From positions 1,469,220-1,533,219 of the forward strand of contig OZ245798.1 of assembly GCA_965228135.1 (NCBI GenBank): a stretch of 64,000 bases of DNA, read 5' to 3'. The notes beneath the pieces are model-generated. The model was not told the origin of the DNA. It made no database searches and was given only the letters and a program-made list of their open reading frames with translations. Below, piece by piece: positions 29,200-38,573 of the stretch. The translations under genes were made by a program, and so were the position numbers. The first letter of the stretch is position 1. Every line of letters starts with the position of its first letter. This DNA comes from Tagaea sp. (GTDB lineage: Bacteria; Pseudomonadota; Alphaproteobacteria; CACIAM-22H2).

Positions 29200-29937
29200 A
29201 TGCAGAGGAACGACGGCGCCTTCGTGAGGGTCCGGGACGCGGTGAAGATGTTCGGGATGTTCCAGGCGCTAGATCACGTGAATCTCGACGTGCGCAAGGG
29301 CGAGAAAATCGTGATCTGCGGCCCTTCGGGCTCGGGCAAGTCGACGCTGATCCGCTGCATCAACGGCCTGGAGGACATCCAGAAAGGCAGCGTCGAGATC
29401 GACGGCAAGCCGTTGAACGACGGCGCGCACGCCCCGCGCCGTGACATCGGCATGGTATTCCAGCAGTTCAATTTGTTTCCGCATCTGACGGTCGCGGAGA
29501 ACTGCTCCCTCGCCCCGATCCGCGTGCTCGGCCTTTCGAAAGCCGAAGCGACCGAGCGCGCGATGGCGATGCTACAGAAAGTGCGTATCGCCGATCAGGC
29601 CGCGAAATTCCCCGCCCAGCTTTCCGGCGGCCAGCAGCAACGCGTGGCAATCGCGCGGGCACTATGCATGCGCCCCAACATCATGCTGTTCGACGAACCG
29701 ACATCGTCGCTCGACCCCGAAATGGTCAAAGAAGTCCTCGACACGATGGTAACGCTCGCCGCCGATGGCATGACCATGATCTGCGTGACCCACGAGATGG
29801 GCTTCGCAAGCCAAGTCGCCGACCGCGTCGTGTTTATGGATCACGGCCGGATCGTCGAAGAGGCGCCGCCGCGCGAATTCTTCGCCGCCCCCAAGCATCC
29901 GCGCTTGCAGGAATTCCTATCCCAAATTCTCCACTGA
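29200..29937 (+). CDS. Amino-acid ABC transporter ATP-binding protein
   Basis: Walker [10 protein letters not shown], signature [15 protein letters not shown], Walker B LFDEPTS. The true ATG at 29200 has a GAGGAG SD; the listed upstream extension is spurious. Confidence 0.85.
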   Translation: MQRNDGAFVRVRDAVKMFGMFQALDHVNLDVRKGEKIVICGPSGSGKSTLIRCINGLEDIQKGSVEIDGKPLNDGAHAPRRDIGMVFQQFNLFPHLTVAENCSLAPIRVLGLSKAEATERAMAMLQKVRIADQAAKFPAQLSGGQQQRVAIARALCMRPNIMLFDEPTSSLDPEMVKEVLDTMVTLAADGMTMICVTHEMGFASQVADRVVFMDHGRIVEEAPPREFFAAPKHPRLQEFLSQILH

Positions 29938-29965
29938 CCCGCCGCCAACGCCCCGAGAGACGAAC

Positions 29966-31084
29966 ATGAAAATCGTCGCCATCCATCCCTTCATCCTGCA
30001 TCTGCCGCTTACTTCGGATTCGATTTCCGATTCGACGCATTCGATCACCCATTGGGGCGTGGTCGGCGCCAAGATCGTCACGACCGACGGGCTGGAAGGC
30101 TACGGCTTCACCGGTACGCATGCCCATTTGGCGTCGGACCGGCTGATCACGGCTTGCATCAAGGAATGCTACGCGCCGCTGCTGATCGGCGAGGACGCCA
30201 ACGACCATCAACGCCTGTGGACGAAGCTCGCGCGCAATCCCGCACTTCAATGGGTCGGGCGTGCCGGCATCACGCATCTGGCGCTGGCCGCGATCGACGT
30301 CGCGATCTGGGATTTGAAGTCGAAAAAGGCCGGCGTGCCGCTCTGGAGCTATCTCGGCGGTGCGCGGACCAAGGCGCTGGAAGCCTACAACACCGATATC
30401 GGCTGGCTATCCTTCGATCTCGACACACTGTTACGCCTCTCGGCCAAGGCGGTCGAGGAGGACGGCTTCACGCGCCTGAAAATCAAGGTCGGTCACGACG
30501 ATCCGAATGTCGATATCGCGCGCCTGACGGCCGCGCGCAAACGCGTGGGCACGAAAACGCGCATCGCGATCGACGGCAACGGGAAATGGGATTTGCCGAC
30601 CTGCCAACGCTTCTGCGCCGCGGCGCGCGATCTCGACATCTATTGGTTCGAGGAACCGCTCTGGTACGACGACGTCGCCAGCCACGCCAAGCTCACACGC
30701 AATACGTCGATCCCGATCGCGCTGGGCGAACAGCTTTATACGCTCGACGCGTTCCGTAGCTTCATCGATGCGGGCGCCGTCGCCTATGTGCAGCCGGACG
30801 TCACGCGCCTGGGCGGCATCACTGAATATATCCAGGTCGCCGATCTCGCCCTCGCCCATCGCCTGCCGGTCGTGCCGCATGCCGGCGAGATGAGTCAGGT
30901 GCACGTGCATCTCAGCTACTGGCATCCGGCCTCGACGATCCTAGAATATATCCCCTGGATCAAAGACCATTTCGCCGAGCCCGCGAATGTCGTCGGCGGC
31001 GTCTATAAGCGCCCCGAACAACCGGGGGCGAGCACCACGCCGCTTCCCGCCAGCATCGAACGCTACGGCAAAAGTTTGAGTTGA
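29966..31084 (+). CDS. Enolase-superfamily enzyme (MR/MLE family racemase/dehydratase)
   Basis: MR_MLE domains, KxK and metal-binding D/E/D pattern. Confidence 0.8.
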   Translation: MKIVAIHPFILHLPLTSDSISDSTHSITHWGVVGAKIVTTDGLEGYGFTGTHAHLASDRLITACIKECYAPLLIGEDANDHQRLWTKLARNPALQWVGRAGITHLALAAIDVAIWDLKSKKAGVPLWSYLGGARTKALEAYNTDIGWLSFDLDTLLRLSAKAVEEDGFTRLKIKVGHDDPNVDIARLTAARKRVGTKTRIAIDGNGKWDLPTCQRFCAAARDLDIYWFEEPLWYDDVASHAKLTRNTSIPIALGEQLYTLDAFRSFIDAGAVAYVQPDVTRLGGITEYIQVADLALAHRLPVVPHAGEMSQVHVHLSYWHPASTILEYIPWIKDHFAEPANVVGGVYKRPEQPGASTTPLPASIERYGKSLS

Positions 31085-31151
31085 AATGCCGACAAAGGAT
31101 CGCCGCCTCGATGCGGGGGGCATCAGCGCGCCCTGAACACGAACCGTAAAG

Positions 31152-31187
31152 AAAAAAGGCCTCGGTCGGAAACCGGGGCCTTCTGTT
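31152..31187. terminator. Bidirectional intrinsic terminator hairpin
   Basis: GGCCTCGG-tcggaaa-CCGGGGCC stem-loop, flanked by AAAAAA on the left (U-tract for the minus strand) and TTCTGTT on the right. Confidence 0.5.
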
Positions 31188-31196
31188 CGGACGCGC

Positions 31197-31345
31197 CGAT
31201 GGTGGGCGAAGTCGGGCTCGAACCGACGACCTACTGATTAAGAGATGTCAAGCGGCATTGATATTCCTAGGGATTCCGCCGTCCAAACCTCACAGGCCCC
31301 CATTGACCGCCAAGGGAGATTCGCGAGACGACGGAAAGCGAACGG
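31197..31345. repeat. Repeat copy A (~150 nt; tRNA-3'-fragment plus adjacent arm)
   Basis: Aligns colinearly at ~70% identity, with a 10-nt indel in the T-arm, to 56040-56165. Shared blocks: cgaaccgacg, ctgat.aaga..tgtca, ttgat.ttcctaggg, ccaagg.agattc.cg...cgacggaaa. Confidence 0.55.
31200..31244 (-). other. tRNA 3'-terminal fragment (anticodon-loop region through CCA); no matching 5' half
   Basis: The minus-strand reading ...CTCTTAATCAGTAGGTC-GTCGG-TTCGAGC-CCGAC-TTCGCCC-A-CCA has a perfect T-arm, the acceptor 3' strand, a discriminator and CCA. The upstream sequence cannot form the acceptor 5' strand, the D-arm or the anticodon stem. Confidence 0.55.
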
Positions 31346-31463
31346 CCACGTTACGCGATGAACGTCTCTTGAAGATGGCGCCAAATGGGCGAACATCGGC
31401 ATTGGGTCACATGACCGCGTTGCTGCGCGCGAAGTTGCGCCGCCCGATGATGATTCGCAGCGC

Positions 31464-32474
31464 CTAAAGAACGTAAATTCCGCGCCGGAGTGCGACGGCA
31501 TTGCGCGCGGCCGTCGCGGCCGGCGGCAACGCCTCCGGCGCGCGGCGCGCATTTTCCGACAGATCGCGCATCGCCTCGGCCAGAAGATCCTGCATCCAAA
31601 GTATGCCGGAATCATTGCGCAGCTTCGCGTGCACATGCAGCGCGATATCGATCGAAGGAATCTCGAACGGAATTTCGAGCAAACTGAAATCGCCGTTCGC
31701 GTTGACGCGGCAGGCGATCGAATACGGAAACAGCGCCGCGAATTGGGAGCTGCGCACGAGTTCGGGGATCGTAGTAAAATTCTCGATCCGCGCTGAGCTA
31801 CGCCGCACGGCGCCGCATTGGTTGAGCCGGGCATCGACCATCTGAAACCCGGTCGCGCGGATGGTTACTTCGACGAAATTGAGTTGTGAAAATTCGGCGA
31901 TCGTCAGCTTGTGGCCCGCCATCGGATGGCCCGATTGAACGAGGCAAACGAAGCGATCTTTGAGCAGCAATCTGCTGGCGAATTCGGCATCGTCGAGATC
32001 GGGAAGAAATCCCATCGCGATATCGACCTGCCCATTGCGCAAGGCAGCGGCGATGCTCGTTGCCTCGAGTTGAACGGTGCGAACACGCACCGACGGCGCA
32101 ACATCCTGCAATCGCTGTAGGATCTGCGGCAGGCAGTAGAACTCCGACACATCCGACATGGCGATGTTGAACGTCCGGTTCGACGTCTCGGGCACGAAGA
32201 CGCCGTAATTGAGCAGCGTCGTGCTGGCGATGCGCATCGCCGTGCTGAACGGCTCGTAGAGTTCCTTGGCCGCCTCGGTCGGCTCCATCTTGTTGCCGAC
32301 ACGCAGAAAAAGCGGGTCCATGAAATGGTCGCGCAGCCGTTTCAGCGAATGGCTGACCGCCGGCTGAGTCAGGCCCAAGCGCGAACCGGCCCCCGAAATG
32401 CTGCGCTCGTCCCAAATGGCGACGAACACCTTCATCAGGTTCAGATCGAAGTGATTGATGTTGCTTCGATTCAT
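31464..32474 (-). CDS. LysR family transcriptional regulator
   Basis: HTH_1 (GLTQPAVSHSLKRLRDHF) plus a LysR substrate-binding domain. Start trimmed to MNRSNINHFDL. Confidence 0.8.
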   Translation of the reverse strand: MNRSNINHFDLNLMKVFVAIWDERSISGAGSRLGLTQPAVSHSLKRLRDHFMDPLFLRVGNKMEPTEAAKELYEPFSTAMRIASTTLLNYGVFVPETSNRTFNIAMSDVSEFYCLPQILQRLQDVAPSVRVRTVQLEATSIAAALRNGQVDIAMGFLPDLDDAEFASRLLLKDRFVCLVQSGHPMAGHKLTIAEFSQLNFVEVTIRATGFQMVDARLNQCGAVRRSSARIENFTTIPELVRSSQFAALFPYSIACRVNANGDFSLLEIPFEIPSIDIALHVHAKLRNDSGILWMQDLLAEAMRDLSENARRAPEALPPAATAARNAVALRRGIYVL

Positions 32475-32618
32475 ACGACCGCGCCCCCCGCTCGAAACCC
32501 TGTTATTGGGCGAACGGACGGCACCGGATCGGCGGCACCCGTTCAAGCGGACGCCCGGTACTTAACAATTACCGTGCCAACCCTTTGTCGCCCGTGCGAC
32601 GGGTGCGATTGTAGTCGA

Positions 32619-33908
32619 TTAGGTCCGCCCTGCAAAACGGCAAGCGATAGCGCACACCAGTTCGTCGCCGCCTTTCGGCCCGACGATCTGGAGCGAAACC
32701 GGACCGTCGGCGATCGGCATCAGGGGCATCGCCAGGGCCGGATGCCCGGAAAGATTGAACGGCCGAACGAGACGCGTGAGCGGCACGGCCGTGCGGTTTT
32801 CCCGCCCCTGTTCGAGTGTGGGCACGGGAACCGGCAAGGTCGGCAGCACCAGCGCATCGACCGAAGCGAAAAGCGCATCAAGCTCGTCCGAGAACGCTTT
32901 GCGCGCCGCCTCGGCCGTGTCGATCATCGCCGCCGTCACTTCGGCGCCGCCCTTCATCCGCTCGCCGACATCCGCGCCAACCAGACCCGACGCCAGCAAA
33001 TGACCTGCCGCCCGCCAGGTCTCGACATTGATCATCGTCAAACCGGCGGCGAAGGCGGAATCCATATGCGCGAATGTCGCCTCGATCGTCTCCAACCCCG
33101 ACGCGGCGATCGCCGAATTCACACGCGCTTCGATCTCGGGCGTCGCGACGCCCTTCAGCACTCCGATCCGGCCTTTGCCCGGCGTCACCGGCCCGAAACC
33201 GGGGCAGAGAATTTCCATCGCGCGCACGATATGCGCGAGATCGCGCGCGAACGGCCCCACGCAATCGAGCGTGGATTCGCGCGGCAGCACGCCGCGCCGC
33301 GACACGCGCCCGAAAGTCGGCTTCATCCCCCAGACGCCGCAACACGCCGCGGGGATGCGGATCGAACCGCCCGTATCCGTCCCGATGCCAATCTCCGCCG
33401 AACCTTCGGCGACGGCGGCGGCACTGCCGCTCGACGAGCCGCCGGGAACGCGGTCTGGAAAATTGGGATTGCGCGGCGTGCCCGCATAATCGTTGATCCC
33501 GGTGACGCCGAAAGCCAGCTCGTGCAGCACCGTCTTGCCGACGATGCGGCACCCCGCCTTCAGCAGAAGATCGACGACCGCCGCGTTCGCCGCCGCGGGC
33601 GGCGCATCGGCAAGCGCCCGGCTGCCCGCGCGCGTGGGATAGCCCGCGATATCGATCGTATCCTTCACCGCGACGCGAACGCCGCTCGCGGAACCCAACT
33701 CCAACCGTTCGACGAAAGCCGTCACTCGCGCGCCCCTTCCACGATCTCCGGTCCTTGTGCGGCGAGGAAGACCGCCTCGGCCAAGAACGCCGTTTCCATC
33801 AACCCCGCCGCCAGCGTCTTGGCGCCGTCCTTCGCCGCGACGCGCAGCATCGGCCGGCCGAAGGAATCGCGCCATTGCGACACGATCGTCACGTCGAGAT
33901 CGCGCCAC
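32619..33908 (-). CDS. Amidase signature (AS) family enzyme; N-terminus uncertain
   Basis: GGSSSGSAAAVA signature, Ser-cisSer-Lys region (GVRVAVKDTIDIAGYPT). The first ~58 codons after the ATG at 33908 are R/G-rich and unlike amidase N-termini. A GTG at 33725 overlaps the stop of a small upstream ORF (GTGA). Confidence 0.7.
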   Translation of the reverse strand: MARSRRDDRVAMARFLRPADAARRGEGRRQDAGGGVDGNGVLGRGGLPRRTRTGDRGRGARVTAFVERLELGSASGVRVAVKDTIDIAGYPTRAGSRALADAPPAAANAAVVDLLLKAGCRIVGKTVLHELAFGVTGINDYAGTPRNPNFPDRVPGGSSSGSAAAVAEGSAEIGIGTDTGGSIRIPAACCGVWGMKPTFGRVSRRGVLPRESTLDCVGPFARDLAHIVRAMEILCPGFGPVTPGKGRIGVLKGVATPEIEARVNSAIAASGLETIEATFAHMDSAFAAGLTMINVETWRAAGHLLASGLVGADVGERMKGGAEVTAAMIDTAEAARKAFSDELDALFASVDALVLPTLPVPVPTLEQGRENRTAVPLTRLVRPFNLSGHPALAMPLMPIADGPVSLQIVGPKGGDELVCAIACRFAGRT

Positions 33909-33943
33909 CGATAGACTTGGCCCATGACGGTCTTGTGGGCCAT
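33722..33943 (-). CDS. Possible small ORF (74 aa) or displaced amidase N-terminal frame
   Basis: MAHKTVMGQVYRW...GPEIVEGARE has non-repetitive composition. Its ATG shares a base with the SnoaL-like stop (TGATG) and its TGA overlaps the amidase GTG (GTGA). Confidence 0.25.
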   Translation of the reverse strand: MAHKTVMGQVYRWRDLDVTIVSQWRDSFGRPMLRVAAKDGAKTLAAGLMETAFLAEAVFLAAQGPEIVEGARE

Positions 33944-34500
33944 CAAGGCTTCATCAACACGGACGCCGACGGAAAATCGAACGCCCAACCCGCCGGCAGC
34001 GGCGCGACGAACACGTTCTCGGTGCGCGTGCGCGTGATCTTCCATTGCCCGTCCGGCTCCTTGCGGAACGTGTTGTTGAGACGCGAGGAGCGCAGCAGCG
34101 CCTTGCCGTCGGAGAAGATCCAAGGCTGCATATGCACCCACTGCCCGTCGGCCGTGTCGCCATGCACATGGATTTGCTCGGACGTCAGGTAGTGACAGTT
34201 CAACAACAAGGCCGGATCGCGCTTCTGGCCCCAGAACGCCTCGAAATGCTTGCGCAAAGCCGCTTTGCCGACGGCCCGGCCGAACTGGTTGTTATAGTAC
34301 TCGCCGACCCCTTCCCAGACCGCGTCTTCGGTATAGAGCGCGAGGATGAGTTCGACCCGCCGCGCGTCGTCGGTCACGCCGTATTCGGGATTGGGCGTGT
34401 CGCACAAGAACATATAGCGCGCCTGGATGCGGCGGATATCGGCTTCCGCTTCCAATATCTCGATGCGTTTGACGAGCGATTCGAGCGTGGGGGTCGTCAT
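33943..34500 (-). CDS. NTF2/SnoaL-like fold protein (ring-hydroxylating dioxygenase beta-subunit-like)
   Basis: SnoaL_4-like pattern. ~60% identical paralog at 54790..55353. Confidence 0.6.
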   Translation of the reverse strand: MTTPTLESLVKRIEILEAEADIRRIQARYMFLCDTPNPEYGVTDDARRVELILALYTEDAVWEGVGEYYNNQFGRAVGKAALRKHFEAFWGQKRDPALLLNCHYLTSEQIHVHGDTADGQWVHMQPWIFSDGKALLRSSRLNNTFRKEPDGQWKITRTRTENVFVAPLPAGWAFDFPSASVLMKP

Positions 34501-34517
34501 AGTCGTTGGGCTCCTGT

Positions 34518-35027
34518 TCAGGCGCTGCGCGCGTGCAGCGTGTGGAAGTCGCGGTCGAAATAGATGAGGCCGCGCCGCGATTCGCCGGTCGATATCGCAA
34601 GCACTTGCGCGAAGATCACGCTATGCGTGCCGACCTCGCGCAGATCGGCGACGCGGCAATCGAACGCGACCGTGGCGCTTTCCAGAATCGGCGCGCCGGT
34701 CGCGAGCTTGCGCCAAACGGCGCCCGCGAACCGTTCCTCGGGCGCTATTCCCGGCTTGCCGAAACGCATCGCCAGCGCTTCGTGATCGCCGCCTAGAACG
34801 CTCACCGACAACACGCCGTTCGCAAGAATCACGTCGTGGACGCTGGAACTGCGGTTGACGCAAACGAGCAGCGTGGGCGGCGTGTCGGTGACGCTGCAAA
34901 CGGCGGAAGCGGTGATGCCGTGCGTCCCCGACGGCCCGTCGGTCGCGACGATGTTGACGGCCGCCCCCAGGCGCGACATCGCCTGACGGAAGTCGCGCGT
35001 ATCGACCGGGTTTGGCGGCATCGTCAT
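34518..35027 (-). CDS. Flavin reductase (HpaC-like, FMN-binding split barrel)
   Basis: Flavin_Reduct domain (FRQAMSRLGAAVNIVAT...GITASAVCSVTDTPP). Confidence 0.8.
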   Translation of the reverse strand: MTMPPNPVDTRDFRQAMSRLGAAVNIVATDGPSGTHGITASAVCSVTDTPPTLLVCVNRSSSVHDVILANGVLSVSVLGGDHEALAMRFGKPGIAPEERFAGAVWRKLATGAPILESATVAFDCRVADLREVGTHSVIFAQVLAISTGESRRGLIYFDRDFHTLHARSA

Positions 35028-35028
35028 C

Positions 35029-35976
35029 CTAGAGATCGAGGACGAGATTGGCGGATTTGGCGCGCGAGCAGCACAGGACGATCTGATCGTTCGCCGCCTT
35101 CTCGTCGTCGGTCAGGAAGGAGTCGCGATGCTCGGGCTCGCCTTCCAGCACGTTGCACAAGCATGTGCCGCAAATGCCCTGCTCGCACGACACCGTCACC
35201 TTCACGCCGATCTTGGCGAGTGCCGCGACGATCGTCTCGTCCGCGCCCACCGTCACGCGGCGGCCGGATCGTGACAGCGTCACGTCGAACGGCGCGCCGC
35301 CGGCGGCTTCGGCGGGCGTGAAGAACTCCTGATGGAACGACGAATCCGGCAGCCCGGCGCCCGTCGCCGCGTCGCGCACCCACGCCATGAAGCCGTTGGG
35401 GCCGCAGACATACACATGCGCGCCGGGCGCCAAGGCGGCGAAGCTTCGGGCCGGATCGAAGCGCTGCTCGGCCGCTTCGTCGTCGAAATGCAGATGGACG
35501 CCGGCCGCGAACGGGACCGCCGCCAATTCGTCGAGGAAAGCGGCGCGCGCGCGCGACCGCGCGCAGTAATGCAGCTCGAAGGCCTGGCCCGCCGCGTGAA
35601 GCGCATGCGCCATCGCGATCATCGGTGTGACGCCGATTCCGCCGCCCACGAGAATGCTGTACGACGCCTTGGGATCGAGGGGGAACAGATTGCGCGGCGC
35701 GCCGATCCGCGTACGCGTGCCGGCCGCGAAAGTCGCGTGCAAAGCCGCCGAGCCGCCGCGCGAGTTGGGATCGCGCAACACGCCGATCCGGTAATCGCCG
35801 CCGCGCGCGGGATCGCCGCAGAGCGAATACTGGCGCACGAGGCCCGGCGCCACTTCCACGTCGATATGCGCGCCGGCCGCGAACGGCGGCAGCTTGGCCC
35901 CGTTCGCAGCGGCAAGTTCCAGGACGACGACGTCGCCGCCCTGGCGTTCGCATTTGGTGACGATCGCCTCGATCAT
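35029..35976 (-). CDS. Phthalate-dioxygenase-reductase-type oxidoreductase (FNR-like FAD/NAD domain plus C-terminal plant-type 2Fe-2S ferredoxin)
   Basis: RQYSL flavin motif, GGIGVTP NAD motif, C-terminal CEQGICGTC...C cluster. Confidence 0.8.
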   Translation of the reverse strand: MIEAIVTKCERQGGDVVVLELAAANGAKLPPFAAGAHIDVEVAPGLVRQYSLCGDPARGGDYRIGVLRDPNSRGGSAALHATFAAGTRTRIGAPRNLFPLDPKASYSILVGGGIGVTPMIAMAHALHAAGQAFELHYCARSRARAAFLDELAAVPFAAGVHLHFDDEAAEQRFDPARSFAALAPGAHVYVCGPNGFMAWVRDAATGAGLPDSSFHQEFFTPAEAAGGAPFDVTLSRSGRRVTVGADETIVAALAKIGVKVTVSCEQGICGTCLCNVLEGEPEHRDSFLTDDEKAANDQIVLCCSRAKSANLVLDL

Positions 35977-35980
35977 CGCG

Positions 35981-36475
35981 TCACAGGATATAGCTGATGC
36001 CGCCGAGCATGCCGTCGGAATTGATCAGACGGATGACCTTGCGCTCGATCTTCAGACCGTCCGGCGTGCGGCGCAGCAGATACTCGAGATTCGCCGTGTA
36101 GCAGCGTTCACGCTCGCGGCGATACTCGGTCAGGCGCTGCATCGCGCGCAGCGAAATGATCGTGCCGTCGTCGGTCAGGATGCGGAAGCGCGAGACCGAA
36201 CGGATCGTGCGCGGAAACGGCGACGCGGCGATCGACGCGCCGCTCATCAGACGCTGCACACGCTTGGCGCGCATCGATTTGTCGTCGTAGGCGTAATTGA
36301 GACCCTTTTCGAAATCGACCACCCCGGGCTCGATCGGCACGATATAGCGCGCGTCGTCGGTCCACATCGTCAGCCATTCGTCGAACTCGCCGTGGTCGAG
36401 GCGATCGGCCTCGAGCCACACGAATTCCATCACCTCGGTCAGCGCGGCGGTCCGCGAAAGCGTTTCGACCGTCAT
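35981..36475 (-). CDS. Aromatic-ring-hydroxylating dioxygenase beta (small) subunit
   Basis: Ring_hydroxyl_B fold; 4-nt gap to the alpha-subunit gene. Confidence 0.8.
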   Translation of the reverse strand: MTVETLSRTAALTEVMEFVWLEADRLDHGEFDEWLTMWTDDARYIVPIEPGVVDFEKGLNYAYDDKSMRAKRVQRLMSGASIAASPFPRTIRSVSRFRILTDDGTIISLRAMQRLTEYRRERERCYTANLEYLLRRTPDGLKIERKVIRLINSDGMLGGISYIL

Positions 36476-36478
36476 CTC

Positions 36479-37753
36479 TCAGACCTCCATCATCTTTTTC
36501 CATTGCCCGTAGGCGGCGCGCATGCCCGCCTCGGAACTCGCATCATCGCTGCGCCGCCCGTCGGGCGTGGCGTATTCGTCGTCGAGCGAGCGATTGACCA
36601 TCAGCCAGGTCAGCGCCGCCGGGCCCTTCGCGCCGCGCTGCACGCGTTCCCACACTTCCGCGTCGTCGGGACTGCCGAAACCCATTGCACCCTGGAAGAA
36701 CTCGTGGATGCGCCGACGCATGCGGTTGGCGGCTTCCGGCCCGCCCGCCATTCCCAGCGCCACGTGGCGGACTTCCGTCTGGCCGACCGAGATCGGCCGC
36801 AGGACGCGAAAGAACGCGGCCGAACAGCCGAGATTGGGGAAAAGGTTCAGATTGAAACCGGCCCCGCCGACCGCGCGCACGATGCGGCGAATCTTCAGAT
36901 CGTCGTGACCTTCGGCGCGCAGCTCGGCCGCCAACGCGGCGAATTTCTCGGGGATCGGCGCCTCGAGATTTTCCTCCAGATCGACGAGCTCGGGCATCAT
37001 GATCATGACGCTATGCCCGTTGCCGAGATCCTCGACCCAGCCGCCCTTGTTCAGGATGTCGAACAGCTTCTCGGTCTCGGGATCGGTCACCTCCAGGAAG
37101 GCGCGATGCACGAACGGGAAGTGATAGGCGTCCGTCGTGTTCTCGAGCTGGATCTTCCAGTTGCCGTCGAAAATGAAGCGATGCTCGCCCTGCGTCGACA
37201 TCGGGTAGCCGGCGCTCTGCTTCATGAACAGGTCGATCCATTTCTTCGCCGGCCCAAGGAAGGAGTCGAGCGATTGGATCGTGTCGTCGAGCGTCGCGAA
37301 GATCAGGCCGTTGTATTCCTCGACGCGCAACGATTTGAGCCCGAGTTCGCCCTTCTCGAGCTTGCCGGCGTAGCTCGTCTCGTACGGCACGCCGCGCAGC
37401 GCGCCGTCGAGCGAATAGGCCCAGCCGTGATACGGGCAGACGAAGCTATTGGTCTTTCCCGAATGCACTTCGCACACCGTGGCGCCGCGATGGCGGCAGC
37501 GGTTGAGCAGGACATGGACCTTGTTCTTCCGATCGCGCGTGACGATCACCGATTCGAGACCGACATGCGCGCGCTTGAAGTCGCCGGCATTCGGGATTTC
37601 CGACGCGTGGGCGACCCAAACCCAAGTCTTGCCGAAGACCTTCTTCATCTCCTCGTCGAAAAGCGCGGGGTCGGTATAGAGCGTGCTGAGCACGCGATCC
37701 GACTTGACCAGTTCCGAGATCCGCGACGGCGCGGTCTTTTCGAGCGTGTCCAT
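36479..37753 (-). CDS. Rieske non-heme iron oxygenase alpha subunit
   Basis: Rieske CRHRG...CPYHGW motif and catalytic domain. True start MDTLEKT at 37753 with an AGGAG SD; the listed ORF is over-extended. Confidence 0.85.
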   Translation of the reverse strand: MDTLEKTAPSRISELVKSDRVLSTLYTDPALFDEEMKKVFGKTWVWVAHASEIPNAGDFKRAHVGLESVIVTRDRKNKVHVLLNRCRHRGATVCEVHSGKTNSFVCPYHGWAYSLDGALRGVPYETSYAGKLEKGELGLKSLRVEEYNGLIFATLDDTIQSLDSFLGPAKKWIDLFMKQSAGYPMSTQGEHRFIFDGNWKIQLENTTDAYHFPFVHRAFLEVTDPETEKLFDILNKGGWVEDLGNGHSVMIMMPELVDLEENLEAPIPEKFAALAAELRAEGHDDLKIRRIVRAVGGAGFNLNLFPNLGCSAAFFRVLRPISVGQTEVRHVALGMAGGPEAANRMRRRIHEFFQGAMGFGSPDDAEVWERVQRGAKGPAALTWLMVNRSLDDEYATPDGRRSDDASSEAGMRAAYGQWKKMMEV

Positions 37754-37763
37754 GACGAACTCC

Positions 37764-38573
37764 TTAGAGATAACGGCTGAGAAGCTTGGCGGTGGCGTAG
37801 CGCAGCGCGCGATCGAACAGATAGCCGAGGATGCCGAGGCAGATGATCCCGACGAACACCCAGTCGGTCCGGCCGAAATTGCGCGCCATCCAGATCGTCG
37901 CCCCAAGCCCGGTTTGCGCCGCGACGATTTCCGCCGAAACGACGGTCAGGAACGAATTGCCCATCGCGATGCGCGCACCCGTGACCATGTAGGGAACCGA
38001 AGACGGCACGATCACCGTCAGCATTTCCGCAATCGCGCCCGCCCCCAAGCTGCGTGCGGCGCGCAAGCGCAACGGACTGACCGCCGTCACGCCCGCGATC
38101 GTGTTCAGCGTGACGATGAAGATCGTCGTGTAGAAGATCAGCGCGACTTTCGAGATTTCCCCCGGCCCCAGCCAAATCACCGCCAGCGTGACGAAGGCGA
38201 TCGGCGGGATGAAGCGGAAGAACTCGATATAGGGGTCCATCACCAAACGGACGATCGCGAAGCGGCCCATGAACAGGCCGAGCGGCACGCCGCACGCGAC
38301 CCCCAAAATCCATCCGGCGGCGATGCGGGCACCCGACGCGGCGATCGATTCGAAGAGCGAACCGTCCTGCGCCATCTCCACCATCGTCCACCACACCGTG
38401 ATCGGCGACGGCAGGAACAACGGCGAGGTGTAGATCGAGGCGATCTGCCAGAGGACGATGCCCGCAAGGACGCCGGCACCGCCGATGGCGGTTTTCTTGG
38501 CGGCGGCGGAAATCTGGGCTTTCATGCCGTCGGCGCGCGGTGCCGCGATCTGGACCGGGTTGGAAACGCTCAT
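37764..38573 (-). CDS. ABC transporter permease (nitrate/sulfonate/bicarbonate, SsuC/TauC-type)
   Basis: BPD_transp_1 domain. Start trimmed to MSVSNPVQ (ATGA overlap with the upstream ATPase gene). Confidence 0.75.
   Translation of the reverse strand: MSVSNPVQIAAPRADGMKAQISAAAKKTAIGGAGVLAGIVLWQIASIYTSPLFLPSPITVWWTMVEMAQDGSLFESIAASGARIAAGWILGVACGVPLGLFMGRFAIVRLVMDPYIEFFRFIPPIAFVTLAVIWLGPGEISKVALIFYTTIFIVTLNTIAGVTAVSPLRLRAARSLGAGAIAEMLTVIVPSSVPYMVTGARIAMGNSFLTVVSAEIVAAQTGLGATIWMARNFGRTDWVFVGIICLGILGYLFDRALRYATAKLLSRYL

Noticed and set aside
31200-31280. Complete tRNA gene on the minus strand
   Set aside because: Only the T-arm, acceptor 3' strand and CCA are canonical. The reverse-complement of 31245-31280 cannot pair with the acceptor 3' strand, form a D-arm or form the anticodon stem. 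Called a 3' fragment.
31258-31467. 69-aa ORF spanning repeat copy A, with a similar peptide from copy B, as a small protein gene
   Set aside because: The peptide similarity follows automatically from ~70% nucleotide identity. The copy-B frame runs on into the RpiR gene in a different frame, and neither ORF has an SD or a coding substitution pattern. The repeat is treated as non-coding.
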